A stretch of 64,000 nucleotides of DNA, taken from NCBI GenBank assembly GCA_965219455.1, contig OZ244744.1, positions 2,688,001-2,752,000 on the forward strand, read 5' to 3'. Position numbers and translations under genes: made by a program. Below the pieces are notes generated by a model that was given only the letters and a program-made list of their open reading frames with translations, did not search any database and was not told the DNA's origin. The DNA comes from Candidatus Latescibacterota bacterium. GTDB lineage: Bacteria > Latescibacterota > UBA2968 > GCA-2709665. Of the stretch, positions 48,177-59,875 are shown piece after piece. Numbering within the stretch: the stretch's first letter is position 1; each line of letters begins with the position of its first letter.

Positions 48177-49403
48177 CTACCATTCCTCCAGCAACACGAT
48201 GTCCACTTCCGCGCCCGCGTCGAGCGCCTCCACCTCGGCCTCGACCACGAAGAGGCTATTCGCTCGCGAAAGAGAAAAGAGATCCGCCGATCCGTGGTGG
48301 CCCACCCAGCGGCTCTCCCAGCATCCGTTGACTTCGTCGGACCGGGCCGGCACGAACTGCTTGCGCCCGGGCGACTGCCGGAACCCCTGCGCCAGTTTTC
48401 CCCGGGCCATCGGCCGGTGGACCTCCGACATGCACTGCATTTTCCGGACCGCCGGGCGGACCAGCAGTTCCAGACCCACCACCGCCGAGACGGGGTTGCC
48501 CGGCAACCCGAAGACGAGTTTCTTTCCCAGTGCGCCAAAGGTGAGTGGTTTGCCCGGCTTCATCCGGATCCGATCGAAGTAGATCTCCACGCCGCAATCC
48601 CGCATCGCGCCCTGAACCAGATCATAAATGCCGGCCGATACGCCTCCTGAAAGGAGAACCACGTCGCACTCGTCGAGACCCCGTGAAATCACGGCATTCA
48701 GCGCGGCTTCGTCGTCTTCCACGATGCCCAGATACCGCGTCTCGGCGCCGGACCGCAGCGCCTGTGCCATCATCGAATACCCGTTGCTGTTCCGGATCTG
48801 CCCGGCCGCCGGGTGGTTTCCCGGTTCCACGATTTCGCTGCCGGTCGCGACCACACCGACGATCGGCCTGCGATAGACGGGTACGCTGACCACGCCCACC
48901 GTCGCCAGAATCCCGATTTCCGGCGGGCGAATGAGCGTTCCGGCCTCGAGCACGATCTGATTGCATCTCACATCTTCGCCGAGAGGGACAACATTGCGTC
49001 CCTCCTCCGTCACGGCCAGCACCCGTACGCCCAGGCCATCCCGCTCGGCAACGGTGTCTTCCACCATCACCACCGTGTCCGCGCCATCCGGCATGGGCGC
49101 ACCCGTCATGATTCGCGAGGCTTGACCGTTCGAAACCACCTTCCCGGGAACCGATCCGGCCGGAATCTCTTCGATCACCTCGAGAACGGCGGGATTCTCC
49201 GGGCGTGCGTCCGCGACGTCTTCCCCAACCACCGCGTACCCGTCCATGGTCGCTTTGTCGAACGGCGGCATGTCGATGTCCGATCGTACGTCTTCCCTCA
49301 GCGTGCACCCGAGGGCGTCCATCAGATCGACGTTTGTTCCGTCGATCGCGGACGTATGTTGCAGGACAATGCGAATGGCCTCGTCCATGCTGATCATGTC
49401 CAT
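48177..49403 (-). CDS. moeA: Molybdopterin molybdotransferase
   Basis: PPFDKATMDGYA, IMTGAP, SGGVSAG, KPGKP, GLPGNPVS. Confidence 0.96.
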   Translation of the reverse strand: MDMISMDEAIRIVLQHTSAIDGTNVDLMDALGCTLREDVRSDIDMPPFDKATMDGYAVVGEDVADARPENPAVLEVIEEIPAGSVPGKVVSNGQASRIMTGAPMPDGADTVVMVEDTVAERDGLGVRVLAVTEEGRNVVPLGEDVRCNQIVLEAGTLIRPPEIGILATVGVVSVPVYRRPIVGVVATGSEIVEPGNHPAAGQIRNSNGYSMMAQALRSGAETRYLGIVEDDEAALNAVISRGLDECDVVLLSGGVSAGIYDLVQGAMRDCGVEIYFDRIRMKPGKPLTFGALGKKLVFGLPGNPVSAVVGLELLVRPAVRKMQCMSEVHRPMARGKLAQGFRQSPGRKQFVPARSDEVNGCWESRWVGHHGSADLFSLSRANSLFVVEAEVEALDAGAEVDIVLLEEW

Positions 49404-49867
49404 CGGTGATCCCCTCCATTACGCCGGATTCTTCGGACTCAGGCAGTAAATATATAAAAACCCGGTGCAAATGTCACTTCCAAATGCAATCCTTCCATAC
49501 ATATCCGGATCGGGATCAAGCGGCATCCGAACGTACGTCCCGGATCCGCGCGATTTGACGGGAAAGCGCTACCGCCACCCGTGAACACCGCAGAAACCGC
49601 AGTGCCGGGCGATCGCTTGCCCGCGGGTTCCGTCAATTGCGCTAACCCATTCCGCGATAACCTCGTTCTTCGGGGTCGGTGATTTGACATTCCCGCATCG
49701 AATGCCTACATTAGCCACGTGCGCGAAGCGTTGAAAACGAAGGATCAGCGCTGCCGCCATACCGCCGATGCGCTCCAACACGGGGCGGGCCGCAAAACGC
49801 AACCCTCATCGGCCTCGTTCCTGTCTCTCAGTCCCGATCCCATATCTCTTCCGGAGTTCAAAACCAC

Positions 49868-50605
49868 ATGACAGGCACCGACGTCAAAACCGCCATTATC
49901 ACGGGTGCAGGCACGGGCATCGGCCGCGCCATCGCCGTCGCTTTTTCCAATGCAGGTATGAATTGCGTCCTTGCCGGACGCCGCGCCGAAGCCCTGGAAG
50001 AAACCGCAGAATCAGCGCGCAATCCCCGGACAGGGACGCTGAGTGTGCCGGCCGACGTCACCTGCCGGGAGTCCGTCAAGATGCTTTCAGATTGTACCAT
50101 CGAGCATTTCGGGCGGATCGACATCCTGGTGAACAACGCCGGCATCAACACCCTGAAGCGCGGCCTTAGAGATATATCCGACGAGGACTGGGATCGCGTG
50201 GTTGATATCAATCTGACCGGCGCATTCAACGCATTTCGGGCCGTCATGCCGCACATGGAGACACAGGGCGACGGCCTGGTTATCAATATCTCCTCAATGG
50301 CCGGCAAACGGTCCGGCATGGTCGCAGGGGCGGCTTACTGCGCATCCAAATTCGGAATGGCCGCCCTGAACCAGTCCATCAACGCCGAGTTTCGCGAGAC
50401 CGGTATCCGGGCGTGTTGCATCTTTCCCGGCGAGGTCGATACGCCCATCCTGGATCTTCGCCCCAACCCTGTCTCCGACGAAAAACGAGCCGCCGCGCTC
50501 CCGCCGGAAGACATTGCCGCCGCCGCGCTGATGGTCGCGCAGCTACCCGGCCGGGCGATCGTTGAAGAAATCACCATCTTCCCAAGACGGGTTGTCGCAA
50601 AGTAG
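49868..50605 (+). CDS. SDR family oxidoreductase
   Basis: TGAGTGIG, NNAG, YCASK. Confidence 0.93.
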   Translation: MTGTDVKTAIITGAGTGIGRAIAVAFSNAGMNCVLAGRRAEALEETAESARNPRTGTLSVPADVTCRESVKMLSDCTIEHFGRIDILVNNAGINTLKRGLRDISDEDWDRVVDINLTGAFNAFRAVMPHMETQGDGLVINISSMAGKRSGMVAGAAYCASKFGMAALNQSINAEFRETGIRACCIFPGEVDTPILDLRPNPVSDEKRAAALPPEDIAAAALMVAQLPGRAIVEEITIFPRRVVAK

Positions 50606-50753
50606 GGTTTCCTATCCGCAGATCGAACGACCTGCCCGGGCATTCATGCTGTCGCGTCGGAATAATCTCCTTGTCTATGGTTCGGATTTTTGTTACATTT
50701 TTGTAACATATAATAATACCAGATGTTTATTTGTGAAGAAGGGTTAGGTGCGA

Positions 50754-52295
50754 GTGAAGAACGAAATCGTAATCAATGTAGGGTCCCACGAATCTCGAAT
50801 TGCTGTGCTGGAAGATGGAAAGCTGGTTGAAATTCTCGTAGAATGCGCCGAGAACGAGCGCATGGTCGGCGATATCTACAAAGGATCCGTTTCCGCTGTG
50901 CTCCCCGGAATGCAGGCCGCCTTCGTGGATATCGGCCTTGAGAAAAGCGCTTTTCTTCATGCCTCCGATATGCCCGGTTCGCCCGGGTCGATGGTGGGGC
51001 TGGATGAAGACATCCTCGAGGAAATCGACGCGCGAACCCGCGTAAACGGCAAATCGGTCATTCCCATACAAGAACTCATCCGGAAGGGCCAGGAGGTTCT
51101 TGTTCAGGTCAAGAAAGAACCCATCGGCACGAAAGGGCCCCGGGTTACGGCGGTGCCCTCACTGCCCGGGCGGTTTATGGTGCTGGTGCCCAACGGGGAG
51201 AAGGTGGGCGTTTCCCGGAAGATCACCAACGTATCCGAAAAACGAAGGCTGAAGGAACTCGGCCACGACATACGCCCCGCCGGTTTTGGCATTATCGTAC
51301 GGACCGAAGCCTCAGGCAAGGGCGACCGGGAGATGATGCGAGACCTGAAGCAATTGATGAATGTCTGGTCGCGCATCCAGAAGCAGTACCGTGACGCCGA
51401 CGCGGAAAGCATTCTGCATAAAGAAATGGGTATGACGTCGAGTCTGATCCGCGACCTGTTTACCGACGACGTCGACCGCCTGGTGGTCGACACAAAACAG
51501 GAATACAAGAAGATACTGGCTTATCTCAAATCCACTTCGCCGCACCTCCGCGGCCGGGTGGAATACCACAGAGACAGCACGCCCATCTTCGACGCCTTCG
51601 GTATCGAAAATGAAATCGAGAAATGCTCGGACCGCAAGGTCTGGCTGAAGGGCGGCGGTTACCTGGTTCTGGACCACACCGAGGCTTTATTTGCCATCGA
51701 CGTGAACAGCGGGCGCTTCGTAGGCCGGTCGAACCAGGAAGAAAACGTCTTGAAAATCAACCTCGAGGCCGCCGGTGAAATTCCGCGCCAGCTTCGCCTG
51801 CGCGACATCGGCGGCATCATCGTGATCGATTTCATCGACATGGCCATCGCCCAGAACCGCAGAAAGGTGGAGTCCGAATTCCGGCAGGCCGTCCGGCGGG
51901 ACCGGTCCAAGCCCCGCTTTTCGGAGATCAGCGAGTTCGGCCTTATGGAAATGACCCGGCAGAGGGTACGCCCGAGCCTTATGTTCATGTTCAGCGAATC
52001 CTGTCCCAACTGCCACGGCAGCGGGCGCGTGCCCAGCCGGGAGTCCACCGTTGCCCGCATCGAGCGGTGGCTCAAGCGGTCCCGGGCCGCCTCGGTTGAA
52101 CGCAGGCTTACCGTGCACGTCAACCCTACGGTGGGAGATTTCATCCTGGAAAACCGTCGCGAACGCCTGAAGAGGCTGCGTCGGTCCACCCGGGTCTGGC
52201 TGAACGTGGAGAATGACCCCGACCTGCGCGTTGACGCCTACCGGATGTATTCCCGGAAACGAGACCTGGACATTACGGACAAATTTAAAACTTGA
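50754..52295 (+). CDS. rng: Ribonuclease E/G family
   Basis: GMQAAFVDIG, IDVNSG, RLRDIGGIIVIDFID, CPNCHGSG. Confidence 0.93.
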   Translation: MKNEIVINVGSHESRIAVLEDGKLVEILVECAENERMVGDIYKGSVSAVLPGMQAAFVDIGLEKSAFLHASDMPGSPGSMVGLDEDILEEIDARTRVNGKSVIPIQELIRKGQEVLVQVKKEPIGTKGPRVTAVPSLPGRFMVLVPNGEKVGVSRKITNVSEKRRLKELGHDIRPAGFGIIVRTEASGKGDREMMRDLKQLMNVWSRIQKQYRDADAESILHKEMGMTSSLIRDLFTDDVDRLVVDTKQEYKKILAYLKSTSPHLRGRVEYHRDSTPIFDAFGIENEIEKCSDRKVWLKGGGYLVLDHTEALFAIDVNSGRFVGRSNQEENVLKINLEAAGEIPRQLRLRDIGGIIVIDFIDMAIAQNRRKVESEFRQAVRRDRSKPRFSEISEFGLMEMTRQRVRPSLMFMFSESCPNCHGSGRVPSRESTVARIERWLKRSRAASVERRLTVHVNPTVGDFILENRRERLKRLRRSTRVWLNVENDPDLRVDAYRMYSRKRDLDITDKFKT

Positions 52296-52382
52296 CAAAC
52301 CCCCCCGTCTTTGTTACCGTTTTCGGCCCGTTACGCGGTTGAAACGGCCGGTTGCGCCAAATTGTATTCTGGAGGTTTTTTC

Positions 52383-52694
52383 ATGTACGCCGTTGTAGTA
52401 ATCGCCGGTCAACAGTTCAAAGTTCAGGAAGGAGACCGCATCCGGGTCTCCCGGCTGAAGGCAAAAGCCGGAGAGTCACTCACCCTGGATCGGGTTCTGC
52501 TGGTATCGAAAGACGACGAGACCAGCATCGGCCGGCCGCAGGTTGACGGGGCCGCCGTGGAGGCCAGTGTCCTGGAGCACGGAAAGCACGACAAGATCAC
52601 GATCTTCAAAATGAAACGTCGAAAGGGCTACCGGCGGAAAAACGGCCATCGGCAGCCCTATACGGAACTCCGGATCGACGGCATTTCAGCATAA
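52383..52694 (+). CDS. rplU: 50S ribosomal protein L21
   Basis: MYAVV...GQQFKV...KRRKGY...GHRQ. Confidence 0.97.
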   Translation: MYAVVVIAGQQFKVQEGDRIRVSRLKAKAGESLTLDRVLLVSKDDETSIGRPQVDGAAVEASVLEHGKHDKITIFKMKRRKGYRRKNGHRQPYTELRIDGISA

Positions 52695-52766
52695 GCCCGC
52701 TCCTGTTTTTCGCCCGGTCTCAGGAAATCCGAAATCCGGCGGAGACAGGGGGAGGAGGTCAACGGT

Positions 52767-53027
52767 ATGGCCCACAAAAAAGGGGTCGGAAGCTCCCGGA
52801 ACGGCCGCGACAGCCGGGGACGGCGCCTGGGCGTCAAAGTCTTCGGCGGTCAGTTTGTCACCGCGGGCAGCATCATTGTCCGGCAGCGCGGCACCCGGAT
52901 CCATCCCGGAGACGAGGTGAGGCGCGGCAAAGACGATTCGCTTTTTGCGCTGGTCGACGGCGTTGTGACCTTCCAGAACCTGAACAAACGCCGTAAAAAG
53001 GTCAGCGTTTACCCCAAGGCGGAGTAG
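52767..53027 (+). CDS. rpmA: 50S ribosomal protein L27
   Basis: [23 protein letters not shown]. Confidence 0.98.
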   Translation: MAHKKGVGSSRNGRDSRGRRLGVKVFGGQFVTAGSIIVRQRGTRIHPGDEVRRGKDDSLFALVDGVVTFQNLNKRRKKVSVYPKAE

Positions 53028-53034
53028 CCCCGCA

Positions 53035-53958
53035 TTGAAGATCGCAGTGGTTGGCGCCGGCAACGTGGGAGCGACCGCCGCTCAGCATATTGCGGAACGG
53101 GAACTCGCCCGCGAACTGATCCTGCTGGACGTCGCCGAGGGCATTCCACAGGGCAAAGCCCTGGACCTGGCCGAGGCGTCGCCGGTTGACCGATTCGATA
53201 CCCGCATTGCGGGTACGAGCGACTCCGGCAGCCTGTCCGGATCCGACGTCGTCGTCATCACCGCCGGTCTGGCGCGCAAGCCCGGCATGACCCGGGACGA
53301 CCTGCTGTCCACAAACGCGGACATCGTCGGCTCGGTTTGCGCTCACGTCAAAGAAATAGCGCCTGATGCCATTGTTATCGTCGTAACGAATCCCCTCGAC
53401 GCAATGGCTTACGTGGCGCTGAAAGTTACGGAGTTTTCGCCCGCACGTGTCGTTGGCATGGCGGGCATTTTGGATTCCGCGCGTTTTCGTTACTTCATCG
53501 CGAGTGAACTGGACGTTTCCGTGGAAGACGTTACCGCCTTCGTTCTGGGCGGCCACGGCGATTCCATGCTGCCCCTGCCCCGTTACTCATCCGTCGCCGG
53601 CATTCCGATCTCAGAACTGCTCGATCAGGCCGCCATCGAGCGGCTGGTTGAACGCACCCGGAATGGCGGCGCCGAGATTGTCGGACACCTCAAAACGGGC
53701 AGCGCCTATTATGCGCCTGCTTCCGCCATTGCCGAAATGGTTACGGCCATTGTGCGGGATAAAAAACGCATCCTTCCATGCGCTGCATGGCTTACCGGCC
53801 AATACGGCATCCAGGACCTGTTCATGGGTGTGCCGGTGAAGCTGGGTGCTTCCGGCGTGGAGGAAATCATCGAAATCGGCCTTACGCCGGAAGAACAGAA
53901 TGCGTTCCAGGCATCCGCCGAGGCCGTTCGATCAAGCGTTCGGAAACTGAAATTCTGA
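53035..53958 (+). CDS. mdh: Malate dehydrogenase (LDH-like)
   Basis: [33 protein letters not shown]; TTG start. Confidence 0.95.
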   Translation: MKIAVVGAGNVGATAAQHIAERELARELILLDVAEGIPQGKALDLAEASPVDRFDTRIAGTSDSGSLSGSDVVVITAGLARKPGMTRDDLLSTNADIVGSVCAHVKEIAPDAIVIVVTNPLDAMAYVALKVTEFSPARVVGMAGILDSARFRYFIASELDVSVEDVTAFVLGGHGDSMLPLPRYSSVAGIPISELLDQAAIERLVERTRNGGAEIVGHLKTGSAYYAPASAIAEMVTAIVRDKKRILPCAAWLTGQYGIQDLFMGVPVKLGASGVEEIIEIGLTPEEQNAFQASAEAVRSSVRKLKF

Positions 53959-53998
53959 GAACAGGCTTCGATTCACTCTACATCCCGAAATTTCGCAC

Positions 53999-54029
53999 GG
54001 CCGGGGTCCGAAGGACCCGGTCTTTTTTT
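53999..54029. terminator. Intrinsic terminator between mdh and acnA
   Basis: GGGTCC-GAA-GGACCC stem followed by a T-run. Confidence 0.7.
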
Positions 54030-54094
54030 GGGGTTTTGAAAGAGACGCCCGGCCGGAAACCTGCGCTTCTCCGCGGCCGGTTGTAAGCCGGGAA

Positions 54095-56794
54095 TCAGGC
54101 TTCTTTCAGATAGTTTCTCAGTACCGAGTGCAGAATGCCTCCGTTCCGATAGTAGTCAATTTCCACGGGCGTATCGATGCGGACCGTTGCGGTAAACGTC
54201 GTTACGGTTCCATCCGGGGCGGTCGCCGTGACCGTTGCGTCCTGAAGCGGGCGCAGATCGTCGCCGATGCCGGTGGTATCGAAGACCTCTCGTCCCGTGA
54301 GTCCCAGAGAAGCCGCGGTTTCGCCCTGTTTGAACTGCAGCGGCAGCACGCCCATACCCACCAGATTGCTGCGATGGATCCGTTCGTAACTCTCCGCGAT
54401 CACGGCCCGAACCCCCTGCAGCGCCGGCCCTTTGGCCGCCCAGTCCCGCGATGACCCCGTACCGTATTCCTTGCCGGCCAGGACGATCAGCGGTACGCCC
54501 TCCCCTGTGTATCGTATCGCCGCATCGTAGATTTCCATCTGCTCGCCGCCCGGCAGATGAACGGTGACGCCGCCCTCCGTCCCCGGCGCCAGCAGATTTA
54601 GGATGCGGATATTCGCAAACGTGCCGCGCACCATTACTTCGTGATTGCCCCGTCGGGATCCGTACGAATTGAAATCCTTGGGCGCCACGCCGCTTTCAAT
54701 CAGATACCGTCCCGCCGGGCTGTCCACGGCGATACTGCCTGCCGGCGAAATGTGGTCGGTTGTCACGGAATCTCCCAACATCACAAGCACCCGGGCGCCG
54801 CGAATTTCCCGGATCGGCGCCGGTTCTTCCGAGAGATCCTGGAAGAACGGCGGCTCCTGCACGTAGGTGCTGTCCGCATTCCAGGAATACAGCGCCGTTT
54901 CCTGCCCGGCAATGGCGTTCCAGGTCTCATTGCCGTCGTATACGTTGCTGTACTGCGTTTCGAACATCTCGGGTCTCAGAGCCTGTGCGATGGTATCGGC
55001 GATTTCATCCTGGGTGGGCCAGAGGTCCCTCAGGGTTACCGGATTTCCATCGGCATCCTCGCCCAGCGGCTCTTTCGCCAGGTCCACGTCAACCGTGCCC
55101 GCCAGGGCGTAGGCGACCACCAGGGGAGGAGACGCAAGGTAATTCGCCTTTACGTGCGGGTTCACCCGGCCCTCGAAATTCCGGTTGCCAGACAGGACCG
55201 ATGCCGCCACCAGGTCGCCTTCGTCGATAGCGGCCACCACCGGCTCCGGCAGCGGACCGCTGTTGCCGATGCAGGTCGTGCACCCGTATCCGACCGTGTG
55301 AAATCCAAGTCGTTCCAGGTAGGGCGTCAACCCGGCCGCGTTCAGGTAGTCCGTGACCACACGCGACCCCGGCGCCAGGCTTGTTTTCACGTGGGAGGGC
55401 ACCGTCAGCCCCCGTTCCACCGCCTTCCTGGCCAGGAGCCCCGCGCCCACCATCACGGAGGGATTGCTCGTGTTCGTACAACTCGTAATCGCCGCGATCA
55501 CCACCGCGCCGTGTCCAATCTGAGACCGGCCGTTGGCCGCCACGGTCAATTTTTTCCCGCGAACCGCGTCATCCACTCCAAAACCGCTGTGACCGACGGG
55601 TGATGTCAACGCCTGCTCAAAACCCTGCTTCATGGCGTCCAGCGGCACGCGGTCCTGTGGCCGCTTCGGCCCGGCCAGACTCGGTTCCACGGCGCCCAGG
55701 TCCATTTCGAGCGTTTCCGTAAACGCGGGTTCCGGCGTTTCGTCCGTACGGTACAGACCCTGCGCCCGGGTGTACCGGTCCACCAGGTCGATCTCGTCCG
55801 CCGACCTCGCGGTGCGCTCCAGGTAACGCAACGTCTCCGCGTCTACAGGAAAGAACCCCACGGTAGCGCCGTATTCCGGCGCCATATTCGCGATGGTTGC
55901 GCGGTCGGCAAGGCTGATGCTCGACAGCCCCGTGCCGTAGAACTCCACGAACTTGCCGACCACCCCTTTTGCGCGCAACATCTGCGTAACGGTCAAGGCC
56001 AGATCCGTAGCGGTCGCTCCGTCGGGAAGGCTGCCGTGCAGCTTGAAGCCCACCACCTCGGGCGTGGCCATATAGATTGGCTGCCCCAGCATGACCGCCT
56101 CGGCCTCGATCCCGCCGACGCCCCAACCCAGCACGCCCAGGCCGTTGATCATTGTGGTATGGGAATCCGTTCCCACCAGGCTGTCCGGAAACGCCACGCC
56201 TCGCTGGCGCACAACGCCCTTCGCCAGGTATTCCAGGTTCACCTGGTGCACGATTCCCGTGGCAGGCGGAACCACCTGAAATTTCTCGAACGCGTTTGCC
56301 CCCCACCTCAGGAATTCGTACCGCTCCCGGTTTCGTTCAAATTCGATCTCCGCGTTGATACGCAGCGCGTCATGGCGGGCGAACCGGTCGACCTGCACGG
56401 AATGGTCGATTACCAGGTCGGCAGGAATCCGCGGCTCGATCCGCCGCGGATCCTTGCCCATCCGGGCCATGGCGGAACGGAGCGCGGCCAGGTCGACAAG
56501 GGAGGGCACGCCGGTGAAATCCTGCAATACCACCCGCGCCGGCATGAAAGGGACTTCCGCCCGGGTCGGCGTCGCCGCATTCCATCCGGCCAGCCCCGCC
56601 GCATCGTCTTCGGTTACCAGATAGCCGTCCAGATTCCGCAGCGCGGCTTCCAGCAGCACCTTTATGGTGAAGGGCAATCGAGAAATTGCGCCGACGCCGG
56701 CCGCTTCCAATCGATCCAGGCGATAGATGTGCACCTCGCCGCCGGCCGTGGACAACCTGTCGCGCAGTCCGAAGGGATCCTTAACGTTGCTCAT
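54095..56794 (-). CDS. acnA: Aconitate hydratase A
   Basis: [36 protein letters not shown]. Confidence 0.97.
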   Translation of the reverse strand: MSNVKDPFGLRDRLSTAGGEVHIYRLDRLEAAGVGAISRLPFTIKVLLEAALRNLDGYLVTEDDAAGLAGWNAATPTRAEVPFMPARVVLQDFTGVPSLVDLAALRSAMARMGKDPRRIEPRIPADLVIDHSVQVDRFARHDALRINAEIEFERNRERYEFLRWGANAFEKFQVVPPATGIVHQVNLEYLAKGVVRQRGVAFPDSLVGTDSHTTMINGLGVLGWGVGGIEAEAVMLGQPIYMATPEVVGFKLHGSLPDGATATDLALTVTQMLRAKGVVGKFVEFYGTGLSSISLADRATIANMAPEYGATVGFFPVDAETLRYLERTARSADEIDLVDRYTRAQGLYRTDETPEPAFTETLEMDLGAVEPSLAGPKRPQDRVPLDAMKQGFEQALTSPVGHSGFGVDDAVRGKKLTVAANGRSQIGHGAVVIAAITSCTNTSNPSVMVGAGLLARKAVERGLTVPSHVKTSLAPGSRVVTDYLNAAGLTPYLERLGFHTVGYGCTTCIGNSGPLPEPVVAAIDEGDLVAASVLSGNRNFEGRVNPHVKANYLASPPLVVAYALAGTVDVDLAKEPLGEDADGNPVTLRDLWPTQDEIADTIAQALRPEMFETQYSNVYDGNETWNAIAGQETALYSWNADSTYVQEPPFFQDLSEEPAPIREIRGARVLVMLGDSVTTDHISPAGSIAVDSPAGRYLIESGVAPKDFNSYGSRRGNHEVMVRGTFANIRILNLLAPGTEGGVTVHLPGGEQMEIYDAAIRYTGEGVPLIVLAGKEYGTGSSRDWAAKGPALQGVRAVIAESYERIHRSNLVGMGVLPLQFKQGETAASLGLTGREVFDTTGIGDDLRPLQDATVTATAPDGTVTTFTATVRIDTPVEIDYYRNGGILHSVLRNYLKEA

Positions 56795-56909
56795 AACGAA
56801 AATCCTCAAAAAACAGTAAAAAGGGAGACGTAAGACGTGAGAAGGCCACCCTCCGCCCCCCGGACATCGATACGGCATTGTGATATCAATTCGCGGATGT
56901 CCGATTTTT

Positions 56910-57036
56910 GTAGGGGCGGTTCGCGAACCGCCCGCCTGTCAGCCAAACCCGGTTACCGATACGGCCCGGTGAAATCAATTAACAGATGGCGACGCCGACG
57001 TTGCATTCGCAGGGGCGACCGGCCGGTCGCCCCTGC
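56910..57036. repeat. Two REP-like palindromes (56910-56933, 57009-57036)
   Basis: GTAGGGGCGGTTCGCGAACCGCCC and GCAGGGGCGACCGGCCGGTCGCCCCTGC. Confidence 0.75.
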
Positions 57037-57244
57037 ATATACCGTGCGTCCGGTCTAATCGAATCAAAGGGCTACTTACGCAAGATATAATATTTCCTTA
57101 ACTTCGCAAGGCCGGAATCCATTGCCCTATCACAGAATCAAGTCACCATTCCCTACTTTTGCGACCAGCGGGTTACCACTTTACATCCGGATCAAATTTA
57201 GCTAAATTCAATACAATACAAAAGCGAATCGTTGTTATAGATTA

Positions 57245-57261
57245 TATTCCTAAATGGAATA
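57245..57261. promoter_or_regulatory. LysR-type T-N11-A box
   Basis: TATTCC-TAAAT-GGAATA inverted repeat ~60 bp upstream of the LysR gene. Confidence 0.55.
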
Positions 57262-57320
57262 GGTTTTAGCGGTCGGGCCGGATGTCGCGGGAGGATCCCC
57301 CATACTGAGGACGTCGTGTT

Positions 57321-58208
57321 ATGATCGAAAATATAGAAACCCTGGCCGCGCTTTCCGAAGCCGGCACCATGACAAAGGCGGGCACACGCCTGCGTATCTC
57401 CCAGTCGGCCGTAAGCAAACGCATCGACGCACTCGAGAATGCGCTGGGGCGGACACTCGTCGAACCCGTTGGCAGGCGTGTCCGGCTCACCGCCGCGGGC
57501 ATCCAACTGCTGGAAAAAACCGCGCCGTTCATGGCCGCTTTACGGGAGGCCGTGGCGGACGAGTCCCCCGTTCAGGGCAGCCGCCTCGTGATCGGTATCT
57601 CCGAATCCATTTTGTCCTCCTGGGGTTCGCGCGTCCTGGCCGACGTTGTTCAGGCCATCCCGCAGCTTGAACTCGTCATCAATGCCCACAGAAGCCCGGT
57701 CGCCATTGACAATGTCCGCTCGGGCGAATACATGCTCGCGCTGTGCGCGGACCTGGGGGAATACAGCGCCGACGTGACGTCGGAGCCCCTCGTTGACGAG
57801 CCAATGGTCCTGGTGCCCTCCGGTCTGAAGCCGTTTCGACTGCGCCCCGATACAACGCTTCCCGTCATCACCATCGAACCCCATGCCGCGACCTGGCGTC
57901 ACCTGGAACAGCGGATCAGGGCCCTCTCAGGGAAATGGAACATACATATCGAAACCGTACAGACCCTTCAGTCCTTTGCGGGCATCGCCCAGATGGCCCG
58001 GTGCGGATTCGGCCACGGGCTGGTGCCGCTGGGTATCGCCAGGGCGCTGGGCATTCCCGAACGGGGGCTTATTCGTTTCCCCGATCCCGGGCTCTCACGA
58101 CCGATCGCGCTTGTAGGCCGCAGCACCGCTTTCGCCCGTCCCATCGTAAGATCTTTCCACCGGATGCTCAGGAAAACCATACCCTCGAACCTTTGCGGCC
58201 GGGGCTGA
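57321..58208 (+). CDS. LysR family transcriptional regulator
   Basis: ISQSAVSKRIDALE...RLTAAG HTH, ~295 aa, divergent from acnA. Confidence 0.92.
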   Translation: MIENIETLAALSEAGTMTKAGTRLRISQSAVSKRIDALENALGRTLVEPVGRRVRLTAAGIQLLEKTAPFMAALREAVADESPVQGSRLVIGISESILSSWGSRVLADVVQAIPQLELVINAHRSPVAIDNVRSGEYMLALCADLGEYSADVTSEPLVDEPMVLVPSGLKPFRLRPDTTLPVITIEPHAATWRHLEQRIRALSGKWNIHIETVQTLQSFAGIAQMARCGFGHGLVPLGIARALGIPERGLIRFPDPGLSRPIALVGRSTAFARPIVRSFHRMLRKTIPSNLCGRG

Positions 58209-58266
58209 TTCTATTCCCGTTTCAACTTGCCTTTCTTACGCCAAACCCGTATTTTCCGACTCCGTG

Positions 58267-59841
58267 ATGACCTGTCCAGAACGACGTTTTGTCGCCCTGA
58301 TCATTCTCGACGGTTGGGGCCTGGCTTCCAATGAGGACCACAACGCGGTCGCGCTGGCCGATACACCCGCGATGGACCGGATCGGCGCGACGTTCCCGTC
58401 CACGACCCTCCAGACCTGCGGGGGCAGCGTGGGCCTGCCCGATGGATTGTTCGGCAACTCCGAAGTCGGGCATCTCAACCTTGGCGCGGGACGTGTGGTC
58501 ATGCAGGCCGTCACCCGGATCGACGACAGGGTGAAGGACGGCGGCTTTCCGCGGAACGAAGCGTTGATCGCATCGATGGACCGGGTCGCCGGTACGAACC
58601 GGCGCCTTCACCTGATCGGGCTGGTGTCCGACGGCGGGGTACATTCCTGGCCCAACCACTACAGCGGTCTGCTCAAAATGGCCGCCGGCCGCAGGTTGAG
58701 ACCGGATCAGGTTTACATCCACGCGTGGCTCGACGGGCGTGACACGCCGCCCAGAAGCGGTATCCGTCATCTGGCAGCCCTGCGGGAGATGTGCGCGTCG
58801 GCCGGAGTGGGTAAAATCGCCACCGTTTGCGGCCGCTACTTCGCCATGGACAGGGACCGGCGCTGGGACCGCGTGCGCGTGGCATACGACGCCATGATAC
58901 TCGGCGAGGGCATACGCGCAGAGGATCCGCTCGAGGCCCTGCGGGACGCCTACGATCGAAACGAGACCGACGAGTTTGTAAAGCCGATCGTCATCGCCGG
59001 CTCCAATGCGGACCCGTTGGCGACCGTCGGGAACGACGACTCCGTGCTTTGTTTCAATTTTCGCAGCGACCGGGGCAGGCAGATCACCCGCGCCTTCGTG
59101 CTGCCGGGCTTCGACGGCTTTGAGCGGACAATCCACCCCAGGGTTCACTATACATGTCTCACGCGTTACGAAGCCGGCCTGCCCGTGGACGCGGTCGCGT
59201 TTTCGCCCGAAGATCTGGCCCAGGAGTTGCCGGACGTGTGCGGGAAGACGTTGAGCGAGGCCGGGCTCCGGCAGCTACGCATTGCCGAAACGGAGAAATA
59301 CGCGCACGTCACCTATTTCTTCAACGGCCAGCGGGAGGAACCCTTTGAAGGCGAAGCGCGCATTCTGGTCCCTTCTCCCAGGGACGTGCCCACGTACGAT
59401 CACAAGCCCGAAATGAGCGCGCGGGCCATCGCACGAAAATTCGTCGATGCGATCCGCTCGCGGAGCTTCGACACCGCCATCTGTAATTTCGCAAACCCCG
59501 ATATGGTCGGCCACACCGGTGTGCTCGACGCGGCCGTCAAAGCCGTGGCGACGGTCGACAAGTGTCTGGAGCAGGTTCTGGCGGCCATCGGCGACGTCGG
59601 CGGCGCCGCCATCGTCACCGCGGACCACGGCAACGCCGAACAGATGATTCACCACGGTACCCGCGAACCCCGCACCGCCCATACGGCCAATCCCGTGCCC
59701 CTGATTCTTGTCGATCCGGCGTTCCGCGGCAGGCTCAGAAAGGGCGGCAGCCTCTGCGACGTGGCGCCCACGTTTCTGGGCATGCTCGGCCTCCACAAAC
59801 CGGAAGCCATGACGGGAGAAGACCTCAGAGTGATGAACTGA
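58267..59841 (+). CDS. gpmI: 2,3-bisphosphoglycerate-independent phosphoglycerate mutase
   Basis: [36 protein letters not shown]. Confidence 0.97.
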   Translation: MTCPERRFVALIILDGWGLASNEDHNAVALADTPAMDRIGATFPSTTLQTCGGSVGLPDGLFGNSEVGHLNLGAGRVVMQAVTRIDDRVKDGGFPRNEALIASMDRVAGTNRRLHLIGLVSDGGVHSWPNHYSGLLKMAAGRRLRPDQVYIHAWLDGRDTPPRSGIRHLAALREMCASAGVGKIATVCGRYFAMDRDRRWDRVRVAYDAMILGEGIRAEDPLEALRDAYDRNETDEFVKPIVIAGSNADPLATVGNDDSVLCFNFRSDRGRQITRAFVLPGFDGFERTIHPRVHYTCLTRYEAGLPVDAVAFSPEDLAQELPDVCGKTLSEAGLRQLRIAETEKYAHVTYFFNGQREEPFEGEARILVPSPRDVPTYDHKPEMSARAIARKFVDAIRSRSFDTAICNFANPDMVGHTGVLDAAVKAVATVDKCLEQVLAAIGDVGGAAIVTADHGNAEQMIHHGTREPRTAHTANPVPLILVDPAFRGRLRKGGSLCDVAPTFLGMLGLHKPEAMTGEDLRVMN

Positions 59842-59875
59842 AACCCGCTCCGCGACGCTCCCACGAGGAGACCCC

